The notes below the pieces were generated by a model that had not been told where the DNA came from, did not search any database, and was given only the letters and a program-made list of their open reading frames with translations. The position numbers were made by a program, and so were the translations under genes. A DNA stretch of 64,000 nt. Source: a virus (lineage: Duplodnaviria > Caudoviricetes). Every line of letters begins with the position of its first letter. Positions within the stretch are counted from its first letter, which is position 1. This document shows positions 26,464-35,237 of the stretch, in pieces. The DNA lies in the IMG/VR virus record IMGVR_UViG_3300030376_004742, positions 19,900-83,899 of that record; one strand, 5' to 3'.

Positions 26464-27593
26464 TGAATAGGAGAGAAGAACTAATCCGTAATGGACTACG
26501 TAAATGGATGTCTAATAAATTTAGAGGTATCTTAAAGTATGTTACGGGTACAGGAAAAACATTTGCAGGTTTACTAGTAATAGAACAGTTTGCTAAAGTT
26601 TATCCAGAGGAGAAGATATTAATAGTATGTCCAACTGACGCAGTCATAGTTAACTTTAAAGAAGAATTTAGTAAATTTCAAAAAGAACATTTATTGAAGC
26701 ATTGCAAATTTATTTGTTACGCATCTATCAGAAAACAGGATGGCAAATCCTACAGTGTTGTTATACTTGATGAAGTTCATCATATAACTACTGACAAAAA
26801 AATGCCATTTTTTACGAATGTAACAACCAAAGGGATCCTTGGTTTATCTGCTTCCTTAACTCAAGAACAAATCCGTATGCTTAATTACTATATACCTATA
26901 GTAGATGAGTTAAATATGGAGGATGTTCACGAAGAAGGTTTTATTGCGGAGTTTACCATTATTAATTATCCTGTTTATTTTACACCGGCTGAAGAAGCTA
27001 AGTATAAAGAACTCTCAGGACAAATTGATTATGCATGGCAAACTTTTCATAAACAATCTTGGAAGAAAATAGGTCAAAGATCTAGGTTGGTATATTCAGC
27101 TAAAGCAAAATTACAAGCTGCACAAGACATCTTAGAATTATTTCCTGGAGAATATGGTATCATATTTTCTCTAAATAAAAAATTCTCAGAAGAAGTTGCA
27201 GATGCTATTGGAGAAAGTTGTGTAGCAATACACAGTGGACACTCAGCAAAACAAAGGGCAAAACGCCTGGCACTATTCTCAGATGGTAGAACTAAAGTAC
27301 GGACTATGTCTGTACCTAAAATATTTGATGAGGGAGTGACATTACCACGTTTAACATACGGAGTTTTATTAGCTCGGTATGCTAAAGAAAGACAACAGAT
27401 TCAAACACTAGGTAGATTATTACGGAAAGATATAGACTCCAAACACAGTATAGCCATTAGAACATACGTAAGGGATTCTGTAGAAGAAAACTGGGTAAAA
27501 TCATCGCAAGAAGGATTTAACGTAATTAACGTTGATGATTTTGACGCTTTGGTATCAACCATAAACCGTATACGATCTAGTAATGAATCTTAA
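26451..27593 (+). CDS. Superfamily 2 helicase (380 aa)
   Basis: TGTGKT Walker A, DEVH, and Q.LGR.LR motif VI. Confidence 0.9.
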   Translation: MDTLMNRREELIRNGLRKWMSNKFRGILKYVTGTGKTFAGLLVIEQFAKVYPEEKILIVCPTDAVIVNFKEEFSKFQKEHLLKHCKFICYASIRKQDGKSYSVVILDEVHHITTDKKMPFFTNVTTKGILGLSASLTQEQIRMLNYYIPIVDELNMEDVHEEGFIAEFTIINYPVYFTPAEEAKYKELSGQIDYAWQTFHKQSWKKIGQRSRLVYSAKAKLQAAQDILELFPGEYGIIFSLNKKFSEEVADAIGESCVAIHSGHSAKQRAKRLALFSDGRTKVRTMSVPKIFDEGVTLPRLTYGVLLARYAKERQQIQTLGRLLRKDIDSKHSIAIRTYVRDSVEENWVKSSQEGFNVINVDDFDALVSTINRIRSSNES

Positions 27594-27604
27594 AAACAAT
27601 TAGT

Positions 27605-28183
27605 ATGGAAATTTTAATAAATCTTAAAGATTTACAAGAATTGAAATTAAATCCATCGTTGTATTGTTATTTAGCCACACTATTTTTTGAAAAACCATAT
27701 CCTAATGCTTCAGATAAGTTAAAAATTCATATGAATAATAAACTTGAAGAGTTAGGTTATGCTAAAGTTACTACAAATGGAGTAGAACTAACACCAAAAG
27801 CTATTGCTATATTTGATTTTCCTATTAAAGCACCTTCGGTTGCTTTGGATGATTGGGTTAACAGTTGGCGAGAATTATTTCCTAAAGGAATTAAATCTGG
27901 TGGAAGACCTGTTAGAGGGGATAAACAAGGTGTAACTAAAAAGTTACGTCAGTTTATTAAGCTTAATCCTAAAGTAACAAAAGATCAGATTATTGCTGCT
28001 ACTCGGCAGTATGTATATGATTGTAGTTTAAATAATTATAGGTTTATGACCTGTGCAGATTACTTTATTAATAAGAACGGTAGCTCTATGTTAGGAGCTA
28101 TGGTAGAAGATATAGTAGATGGAGGAAGTTCTTTAAGAAACACCGAACAAGGTGGAGGAAGTTCTTGGCACAGAGAAATTTAA
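27605..28183 (+). CDS. Conserved replication-module protein, function unknown (192 aa)
   Basis: Between the helicases; W..LFP.G...RG.K...KKL..F pattern; possibly a helicase loader or initiator. Confidence 0.6.
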   Translation: MEILINLKDLQELKLNPSLYCYLATLFFEKPYPNASDKLKIHMNNKLEELGYAKVTTNGVELTPKAIAIFDFPIKAPSVALDDWVNSWRELFPKGIKSGGRPVRGDKQGVTKKLRQFIKLNPKVTKDQIIAATRQYVYDCSLNNYRFMTCADYFINKNGSSMLGAMVEDIVDGGSSLRNTEQGGGSSWHREI

Positions 28184-28188
28184 AAAAT

Positions 28189-29343
28189 ATGGAAGAAATT
28201 AACAAAACAGCATTTGATGAAGCCATTGACGTAGTTGATGGTGGGAGGTCTGGAGAAAACAAAGGTATTCCAATACCCTTTCAGAGACTAAAGAAATATT
28301 TACCTAATATTCAGCAACGTACTTATTATTTAATAGGTGCTGGTACTAAAGTAGGTAAAACTTCTTTTGCAGATGATGTATTTTACTACGGAGCATATGA
28401 TTACTTTATGAATCTTAAAAGACAAGGAGCTTTAAATGGTTTTGAGTTAGATATTGACTATTTCTCTTATGAGATAGACAAGAAAACTAAGATTTTAAAA
28501 GGTATTAGTCGTAAATTATGGCATGACTACGGTATAGTAGCTGATGCTAATACGATATTATCTAGAGGAGAAAATCATTGTAATGATGAATTATATGCCC
28601 TTGTTATCAAGTATAAAGATTACTTTGATGAAATGGAGGACGTAGTAACAGTGCATGATATGCCTGATAATCCAACTGGAATGAATAAATATTTACTTCA
28701 TAAAGCCAAACAATTTGGTGATGTGAAATTAAAGAATATTAATAGAGATCCAGAAGGAACACCGATAATGAGGTTTGATAGTTATAAACCCCATAATCCA
28801 AAGAGATATTGGTTAATTTTTATTGACCATATTGCTTTAATGTTAGAAGAGAGAGGATTTAGTACTAAACAAAATATTGACAAAATGAGTCAGTATTTAG
28901 TTCAGTTACGTAATAATTATGGAGCATCGCCTATTGTTATACAACAAATGGCATTTAATGCAGAAAGTGATGAAAGACATAAAAGTAATAGACTTACACC
29001 AACACTAAAAGATTTTGGAGATAGTAAATATACTACTAGGGATGCTAATGTTATTATGACATTATTTAGTCCTTATAGATATAATATGGAAAGATTTCAA
29101 GGCTACAATGTACAAGCTTTGGGTAATTCTTACCGTAACTTAGAAATCTTAGAAAATAGAGATGGTGAGCCTAATATTAACTTAGGGTTAAATTTTATTG
29201 GTCCGTGTGGTACATTTAGAGAATTACCAAGACAAGCAGACATGACAGATAATATAGAACAAATGGCGTTTAATTTGGAAAACAAAAGATCGCTATATGT
29301 CCAGAATGATAATGGTATTTGGGTAGACAACCCATTTGCATAA
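28189..29343 (+). CDS. dnaB: DnaB-like replicative helicase (likely start 28189; 384 aa)
   Basis: GAGTKVGKTSF P-loop, IFIDHI Walker B, QLRN, DFGDSK..RDA and ENRDG motifs. Confidence 0.85.
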   Translation: MEEINKTAFDEAIDVVDGGRSGENKGIPIPFQRLKKYLPNIQQRTYYLIGAGTKVGKTSFADDVFYYGAYDYFMNLKRQGALNGFELDIDYFSYEIDKKTKILKGISRKLWHDYGIVADANTILSRGENHCNDELYALVIKYKDYFDEMEDVVTVHDMPDNPTGMNKYLLHKAKQFGDVKLKNINRDPEGTPIMRFDSYKPHNPKRYWLIFIDHIALMLEERGFSTKQNIDKMSQYLVQLRNNYGASPIVIQQMAFNAESDERHKSNRLTPTLKDFGDSKYTTRDANVIMTLFSPYRYNMERFQGYNVQALGNSYRNLEILENRDGEPNINLGLNFIGPCGTFRELPRQADMTDNIEQMAFNLENKRSLYVQNDNGIWVDNPFA

Positions 29344-29350
29344 TATTACA

Positions 29351-29428
29351 GGAGTACAGTAAGTGTGAATATTTCACTACCAGGGAGCAAACCCGTCAAG
29401 GTTTAATTTCACTGTACTCCTTCCCTGG
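29351..29428 (+). ncRNA. Candidate pseudoknotted cis-regulatory RNA
   Basis: 10-bp P1 and 8-bp pseudoknot stem plus two small hairpins; see findings. Confidence 0.5.
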
Positions 29429-29469
29429 GACTATATTATTTCAATTCTTTAACAAACAAACAACAAAAC

Positions 29470-30288
29470 ATGAGTAGAGAAATCAAATTACCGGTTAAAA
29501 GTAAGCCGTCTAGAAAAGATCCTAGAATGACTATACTTTATTCCGCACCTAAGATGGGTAAAACTACTTTAGTTAGTACATTACCAAACAATATGAACTT
29601 AGATTTAGAAGGTGGGACTCAGTTCCTAGATTCACTAAGTATGCATATTATTGGAGTTAGTGCACCAGCTAATGAGACTCAAGAATCTTTTGATGCACGT
29701 ATGTCATTAGAAGTGCCTCAATATTATTTAATGGAGGCAGGGAAAGCAATTATGCAAGCAGGTAGACCTTATGACTTTATTACTGTAGATACTGTTACTA
29801 GATTAGAAGACATGGTTCTTCCTTTAGCAGCAGAGAAATATAGAGCTACTCCTATGGGAAAAAGCTTTACAGGAGAAGACGTAAGAATATTACCTAAAGG
29901 TAGTGGTTACTTATACCTTAGATTAGCCTTTATGGAATTAATTGAAAAGATCAAGAAATTGGCTGACAATGTAATTCTTATAGGTCATCTAAAAAACTCT
30001 GTAATTGAAAAAGCAGGAAAAGAAGTTGACGCAAAAGATTTAGATCTTACGGGAAAACTTAAACAAATTCTTTGTGCTGATGCTGATGCTATTGGGTACT
30101 TACATAGAGGTAAAGACAGTGAAGTTTTAATTAACTTTAAAAGTACTGATCAAGTTCTATGTGGTTCTAGATGTGATCATTTACGTGGTCAAGTAATCAA
30201 AGTAGCAGATTATAGCGAAGAAACAAATGAATTAACAAACATTAACTGGAGTGTAGTATTTCCAGATAAAATTAATAACAAAAAATAA
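29470..30288 (+). CDS. AAA ATPase, Sak4/AAA_24-like (272 aa)
   Basis: LYSAPKMGKTT, LDLEGG, ITVDTVT, ILIGH, DADAIGY. Confidence 0.8.
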   Translation: MSREIKLPVKSKPSRKDPRMTILYSAPKMGKTTLVSTLPNNMNLDLEGGTQFLDSLSMHIIGVSAPANETQESFDARMSLEVPQYYLMEAGKAIMQAGRPYDFITVDTVTRLEDMVLPLAAEKYRATPMGKSFTGEDVRILPKGSGYLYLRLAFMELIEKIKKLADNVILIGHLKNSVIEKAGKEVDAKDLDLTGKLKQILCADADAIGYLHRGKDSEVLINFKSTDQVLCGSRCDHLRGQVIKVADYSEETNELTNINWSVVFPDKINNKK

Positions 30289-30299
30289 TTTACTTAAAA

Positions 30300-30737
30300 A
30301 TGAGCGAAGAAAATCCAACACCAGCAGTAACTAGAACAAAAGAAGAAAAAGTAATTGTTTCTATTGTTGCTATTAAAGAAGCCTTAAAGAAAGGTATTAC
30401 TAGAAGAACAGGAGACTCAGGTTATAAAGCTGAACTAGGTTCTATTCAAGAAATGTATGGTATGACTAGAGCAGAAATAAATACATTATTTCAAGATGCT
30501 AGATTAAAAGGTTTAAAAGTTGTATTTCCAAAAGAATCACGTATTGTGATTTTAGAAGATATAGCAACTGAAACACCTGTAGAAACACCTGTAGCAACAA
30601 CTGTAGAACCAACTATAGAATCTATTGATGATTTATCAGGTACTGAAGCTACAGATTTTGCAACTCAAGAAGAGTCAACACCAGTAGCAGAAGAACCAAC
30701 AGTTCCTACAGCTAATGTTACGACAGTAGAATTTTAA
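30300..30737 (+). CDS. Hypothetical protein with acidic Pro/Thr-rich tail (145 aa)
   Basis: ORF; low-complexity ETPV/ATT C-terminus. Confidence 0.7.
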   Translation: MSEENPTPAVTRTKEEKVIVSIVAIKEALKKGITRRTGDSGYKAELGSIQEMYGMTRAEINTLFQDARLKGLKVVFPKESRIVILEDIATETPVETPVATTVEPTIESIDDLSGTEATDFATQEESTPVAEEPTVPTANVTTVEF

Positions 30738-30846
30738 TTATTAATACTATTATAAGCGAAGAGAGAGAAGATCCCAAGAAGCAGACAGCAAACTGTCTGG
30801 AAAAACTTCCACATTTAATTATATATTTATAAATTTTTTTAAGATT

Positions 30847-31443
30847 ATGTACGGATCAAGAACAAATCAAGAAGGTGTAGCAATTAGTGCTAACGGATCA
30901 AGCCCTATATTAGTAGGGGAAAAAGTAACTGGTAATAAACTAGTTTCTTTAGAAATGGCTAAAGACCAAAACGGTAACCCAGTAGAAAACAGAGCAACGT
31001 TAACAATTTTACAACGTAATGGAGCTAAGTTTACGCACTCATTTTGGGATTCAACAGAAGAGTGGGCTATTGTACAAGTTAACCGTGAAATGCTTCACAT
31101 GGCAACAAAAATAGTTACTGAAGATGAGTACTATGCTGTGATTGAAGAGCATGGAGATAATACTTTTAAAGGATTTATTAAAGCAGTTGCAGAACACATT
31201 TTGCCAAAAGCTGCAGGTAAAACTTTTAGTATGAAGATTATCTACAAAGAGAATAAATCAAATGGTAAATGGTACCCTAACTTCCCAAAGTTTCCAAACT
31301 TTATTGAGTTAGACGGAACTGAGCCATCTACATTCTCAACTAATCCAAAGTATGACGTATACACAATGCCTACGCCAACTACTATGGATTCAACACCTAC
31401 TGCTGCATTTGGTAGCGAGGAATCAACTGAGGTTGTATTTTAA
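30847..31443 (+). CDS. Putative single-stranded DNA-binding protein (198 aa)
   Basis: Between recombinase-like ATPase and primase; aromatic beta strands and an acidic C-terminus ending in F. Confidence 0.45.
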   Translation: MYGSRTNQEGVAISANGSSPILVGEKVTGNKLVSLEMAKDQNGNPVENRATLTILQRNGAKFTHSFWDSTEEWAIVQVNREMLHMATKIVTEDEYYAVIEEHGDNTFKGFIKAVAEHILPKAAGKTFSMKIIYKENKSNGKWYPNFPKFPNFIELDGTEPSTFSTNPKYDVYTMPTPTTMDSTPTAAFGSEESTEVVF

Positions 31444-31472
31444 TAACAGCCTGTTAAATACACAATATAGCT

Positions 31473-32486
31473 ATGGATGTAAGGAAACCCTTAACCAAAG
31501 CTAATATATTGGAAAAAGTAAGTCAGTTTGACATATTTAACAGTTACTGTAGTCCTTTTAATGCACTTTATAAAACATTTAGAAGTGAGTTAAGGACTGA
31601 TAAAAATCCCACCTGCAGTATATGCAGAGTAGGGGAGAAACTTATTTACAAAGACTTTTCTGAATCAGAAACAAGAGATTGTTTTGATTATATACAGGCA
31701 AAGTACGGTGTAAGTTTCATTCAAGCACTAGAAATGGTTAACAGAGATTTTGGACTAAATTTACTTTCTACAGTTACTTTAAGTACTGAGAGAGTTCAAG
31801 TTGCTAAATCAGATTTTGACGTAATGACAATTCCTGAGCAAGTAGTAGATATACGTGTTTGTACACGTACTTTTACTGTCGCTGATAAAGAGTTTTGGTA
31901 CGACAGATTTGGTATACATTCAGCAACTCTAGAGAAGTTCAAAATCTTTCCATTATCTGGTTTTTTCGTAAATGGAGTCTATACACAAAGTGGAAGTAAT
32001 GTATATGGCTATTATTTCGGATTACTTCCTGATAAACGGGAAGCTTGGAAAATTTATCAACCTTATGCTGATAGAAAATTAAAATGGAGGAGTAATTGTC
32101 CAGAAAGTATAATTCAAGGTTGGGAGCAACTCCCAGCAGAAGGAGACGTAGTTATTATTACTAAGTCGTTAAAAGATGTTGCTGTATTAACGCAACTAGA
32201 TTTTCCTTCTGTAGCACCACAAGCAGAATCAAACACTATATCCCCAGATCTAGTATTGAATCTAAGGAAACGATATGAGCATGTAATGCTTTTATATGAC
32301 AATGATGAACCAGGTAAAATAGCTGCTCAAAAAATAGCAGAACAACATAATCTACCTGTATTCTTTATGCCAGATGAAACTAAAGATGCTTCAGATTTTG
32401 TAGAATTATATGGAACGGATGAGTTATTTCAATTTATAACAGAAACTTATGAGAAATACAGTTACAATTCCCAATTGGGAAGCTAG
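31473..32486 (+). CDS. DNA primase, TOPRIM (337 aa)
   Basis: ITKSLKDV and LYDNDEPG TOPRIM motifs; LRTDKNPTCS and KDF in the N-terminal region. Confidence 0.85.
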   Translation: MDVRKPLTKANILEKVSQFDIFNSYCSPFNALYKTFRSELRTDKNPTCSICRVGEKLIYKDFSESETRDCFDYIQAKYGVSFIQALEMVNRDFGLNLLSTVTLSTERVQVAKSDFDVMTIPEQVVDIRVCTRTFTVADKEFWYDRFGIHSATLEKFKIFPLSGFFVNGVYTQSGSNVYGYYFGLLPDKREAWKIYQPYADRKLKWRSNCPESIIQGWEQLPAEGDVVIITKSLKDVAVLTQLDFPSVAPQAESNTISPDLVLNLRKRYEHVMLLYDNDEPGKIAAQKIAEQHNLPVFFMPDETKDASDFVELYGTDELFQFITETYEKYSYNSQLGS

Positions 32487-33033
32487 TTATTTGAAATCTG
32501 AGAATACTAGAGCCAAATATTGGCTTTGGAAGGACCGGGAAAAACTCCCAAAGAAATATTCAACACAATTAAGTCCTAGTCCTCTAATTAAGGGGACTAA
32601 GGCTTATTGTGCTGATATTGAGGGAAACAGGTTCGTAAAGAACACAAAAAAAGTAGGAACACAAAATAGATGGATATTAAATGGACAAGATTTATACAAT
32701 GCTACATTAAACTGGCGTTTACGCAAGTCAATAGCAAAGTATTATCATGAATATTTTAGTCGGTTTATTCAAGAACAACTAACACCAATCACTATTCCAG
32801 AAGGTAAATTCCTTAGTATAGGATGTGATATTTACGAAGTTAAGCGTGGTAACATGCCTGACATAAGTAATATGTGGTTATTAGAAAAGTTTTTTGAAGA
32901 TGCGCTCCAGGAATGTGGAATAATCCCAGACGATAATTCTGATTATGTAATAGAATCAGGACGTAAGAGATATCATTTCGTTGAGACAGCAGATGACCGT
33001 AAATTAGTATTTACAATAAATTTAGTAGAATGA
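32449..33033 (+). CDS. rusA: RusA-like Holliday junction resolvase (194 aa)
   Basis: PDISN..LEKFFEDALQECGIIPDDN catalytic pattern. Confidence 0.75.
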   Translation: MRNTVTIPNWEASYLKSENTRAKYWLWKDREKLPKKYSTQLSPSPLIKGTKAYCADIEGNRFVKNTKKVGTQNRWILNGQDLYNATLNWRLRKSIAKYYHEYFSRFIQEQLTPITIPEGKFLSIGCDIYEVKRGNMPDISNMWLLEKFFEDALQECGIIPDDNSDYVIESGRKRYHFVETADDRKLVFTINLVE

Positions 33034-33614
33034 AAAATGTTAAACTACGCCTATTTATATTTGTTATTATATGTATAGTATTTTATTATGATTATTTTAC
33101 AAGTTGTAATAATTTTAACTACATAAAATTTAAATGTAAGACAATGACAAAGGATAAACCTGTGCCAGTAGAGAATACTACTACAGACAGTGCCTTTTTT
33201 CATGCAGTGAACCATATTAAATCTTTTGAAGGCTTTCGTAGTAAAGTTTATTTAGATAATGACGGATCACCAACAATAGGTTATGGCCATCATTTGCGCC
33301 AAGGAGAAAATTATCAGAATATATCTGATAGCTTAGCCAGTATAATATTAGAACAAGATTTACAAAAGTATCTTGATCGTGTAGAGGCTAAGCATAAAGT
33401 TAAAGGAGATACTCTTTTAGCTTTAGGTTTATTTAGTTACAACTGTGGTCCAGGAGCTTTAGATAGAGCTATAGACAACGGTTTATTAGATAATCCACAG
33501 AAAATTTTACAGTATTGTCATTATAAAACAAAAGACAAAGCTGGAAATATAACAGTACACAAATCAAATCAATTATTAACACGACGTAAATATGAATTTG
33601 CGTTATTAAACTAA
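33030..33614 (+). CDS. GH24 phage lysozyme with N-terminal TM anchor (194 aa)
   Basis: EGFRSKVYLDNDGSPTIGYGH (E-x8-D-x5-T); hydrophobic residues 7-19. Confidence 0.85.
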   Translation: MKNVKLRLFIFVIICIVFYYDYFTSCNNFNYIKFKCKTMTKDKPVPVENTTTDSAFFHAVNHIKSFEGFRSKVYLDNDGSPTIGYGHHLRQGENYQNISDSLASIILEQDLQKYLDRVEAKHKVKGDTLLALGLFSYNCGPGALDRAIDNGLLDNPQKILQYCHYKTKDKAGNITVHKSNQLLTRRKYEFALLN

Positions 33615-33619
33615 AAAAA

Positions 33620-33859
33620 ATGACAAGAGTTATAACAATTATTAGCCCACAAGGAGACTTAAGAGTAGAATTAAATTCAACTGCTACAACGTGGGGAGAA
33701 TTAAAAGCTGAAATCAATGCAGACGGAACATTTAATGCAAATGACTCTACAGCAATGATAAGAGGAGTACGTGAAGGTTTAACATCTGATAGTAGCGTAT
33801 TACCTGTTACTCCATTTTCTGTATTCTTAACGCCTAGTAAAATTAAATCAGGTAAGTAA
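33620..33859 (+). CDS. Ubiquitin-like beta-grasp protein (79 aa)
   Basis: Beta-beta-alpha start (RVITII / LRVELNS / TWGELKAEI), C-terminal strand FSVFLT and exposed tail KIKSG-K; adjacent to E2-like, JAB and E1 genes. Confidence 0.7.
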   Translation: MTRVITIISPQGDLRVELNSTATTWGELKAEINADGTFNANDSTAMIRGVREGLTSDSSVLPVTPFSVFLTPSKIKSGK

Positions 33860-33999
33860 TGAATGCAGATGCTCAAAAAGAAATAGAGTCAGATGTTAAA
33901 AAAATGAAAACGGCAATCAAAAAATGGCAAAAGAAAACAGTTATACCTGTTTTGTTAAATCCATATACTGCCGTTAATAACAGCGGCTCAATTAGATAA
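33859..33999 (+). CDS. 46-aa basic peptide, not in the ORF track
   Basis: TAATG coupling to the Ubl stop; MNADAQKEIESDVKKMKTAIKKWQKKTVIPVLLNPYTAVNNSGSIR. Confidence 0.5.
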   Translation: MNADAQKEIESDVKKMKTAIKKWQKKTVIPVLLNPYTAVNNSGSIR

Positions 34000-34014
34000 G
34001 AAGAAAACAATAGT

Positions 34015-34044
34015 AAGGAGGAGGTATTATGCCTCCTCTTATTT
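34015..34044 (+). terminator. Terminator/attenuator hairpin between Ubl and E2-like genes
   Basis: GAGGAGG (34018-34024)/CCTCCTC (34032-34038) followed by TTATTTT. Confidence 0.65.
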
Positions 34045-34057
34045 TAATTTATGAATT

Positions 34058-35224
34058 ATGACAACAGAAGAACAACAAATTTCAACACAAACGGATATGG
34101 TAGATATGACTACTATAGCTGAAATTGCAGAGGAGGTACATCCAGGGAACTGGGACTTGGGTTTAGCAGAACCTGCATTAGCTCAAAAGCTAAGAAGTTA
34201 TATCTCTTCTGATGCTTATGATGGATTTATCCAACGACTAATTATAAAATTCCCAGAAACAACAATACGAAATAGTATAGGAGATTCTGCAACAATACAC
34301 GATATGTATATCGCCATTATGTTTAATGCTGATTTTACAGAAATCTTAACACCAAAAATGTTTTCTATGCGTTCTACGGTTACTACTAAAGAATATGCTA
34401 GTGGATTTTTTCACCCACATTCTGCAGCCGTAAGTAAAAATAACAATAATGTAAGTTCTTATTTTATTTGGAGAGATATGTGTCTTGGTGGTGGAACAGA
34501 ATTAGATCATTTAATGGTCAGTTTAAGAAATGACGGAGTTACGAAAAAAGATATATTTGAATTACTAGTAATGTTACATAGATATGTTGCTTGGGAATCT
34601 TTAGAAGGAGGACCTTATAGAAAACTTAGCCATGTAGATTACCCAAGAATAGGTGGATCTGACAGAAACCATAATTCTATAAAGTCTTCAATACTTGTTC
34701 AGCATTTAGCACCAATATTTAAATATAATGATGATATTCCTTTACCAGAATTAATTAATTCAAATGGTCAGGCTACAGCCGTAACTAATGTTTATGCTTC
34801 GTTTGAAAAAGGATTACATAAGTTATTTCTAGATTATAAAAATGGAATTGTAATTTATCCTGACTCATACCGTTCAGTAGACTCACTAGTGAACTCTGCT
34901 TTAGGTGTAATAATAGAAGATCAATTTATGTCTTTTCAGAATAGCTCTGGAGGTAACGATGGAAGTGAAACTGTAAAACCATTATCTTTTTATGAAGAAA
35001 AAATAGAAGAAATAGATCAATTTAATAGATGTTATAGTGAAGATGTATTATATTTTAAGCAAAATCCTGTAGAGTTTAAGATAACTTTAGACCTAAACGG
35101 ATTAGTAGAGACTGAGATTGACGTTGATTATAACTCAGCTAGAGTAAACCCACGCTTAATCACTGCAGTAGTAGAAACATATCTTAACCAGTATAACGGT
35201 TTTATTAAATCATTATATATATAA
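34058..35224 (+). CDS. E2-like (prokaryotic Ubc-fold) protein (388 aa)
   Basis: HPH (34412-34420) followed by candidate catalytic Cys in MCLG (34481-34483), then WESLEGGPY; context with E1/JAB/Ubl. Confidence 0.55.
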   Translation: MTTEEQQISTQTDMVDMTTIAEIAEEVHPGNWDLGLAEPALAQKLRSYISSDAYDGFIQRLIIKFPETTIRNSIGDSATIHDMYIAIMFNADFTEILTPKMFSMRSTVTTKEYASGFFHPHSAAVSKNNNNVSSYFIWRDMCLGGGTELDHLMVSLRNDGVTKKDIFELLVMLHRYVAWESLEGGPYRKLSHVDYPRIGGSDRNHNSIKSSILVQHLAPIFKYNDDIPLPELINSNGQATAVTNVYASFEKGLHKLFLDYKNGIVIYPDSYRSVDSLVNSALGVIIEDQFMSFQNSSGGNDGSETVKPLSFYEEKIEEIDQFNRCYSEDVLYFKQNPVEFKITLDLNGLVETEIDVDYNSARVNPRLITAVVETYLNQYNGFIKSLYI

Positions 35225-35237
35225 TAAAATTAAAACA

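Noticed and set aside
29351-29428. HDV/theta-ribozyme reading of the pseudoknot on the minus strand
   Set aside because: Helix order fits loosely, but there is no G1 wobble, no P1.1 GG after P1, and extra linkers around P3. The G-U pair supports the plus strand.
33030-33110. Lipobox (FTS-C26) in the lysozyme
   Set aside because: The Cys is separated from the hydrophobic core by YYDY, so a signal anchor is more plausible than a lipoprotein.
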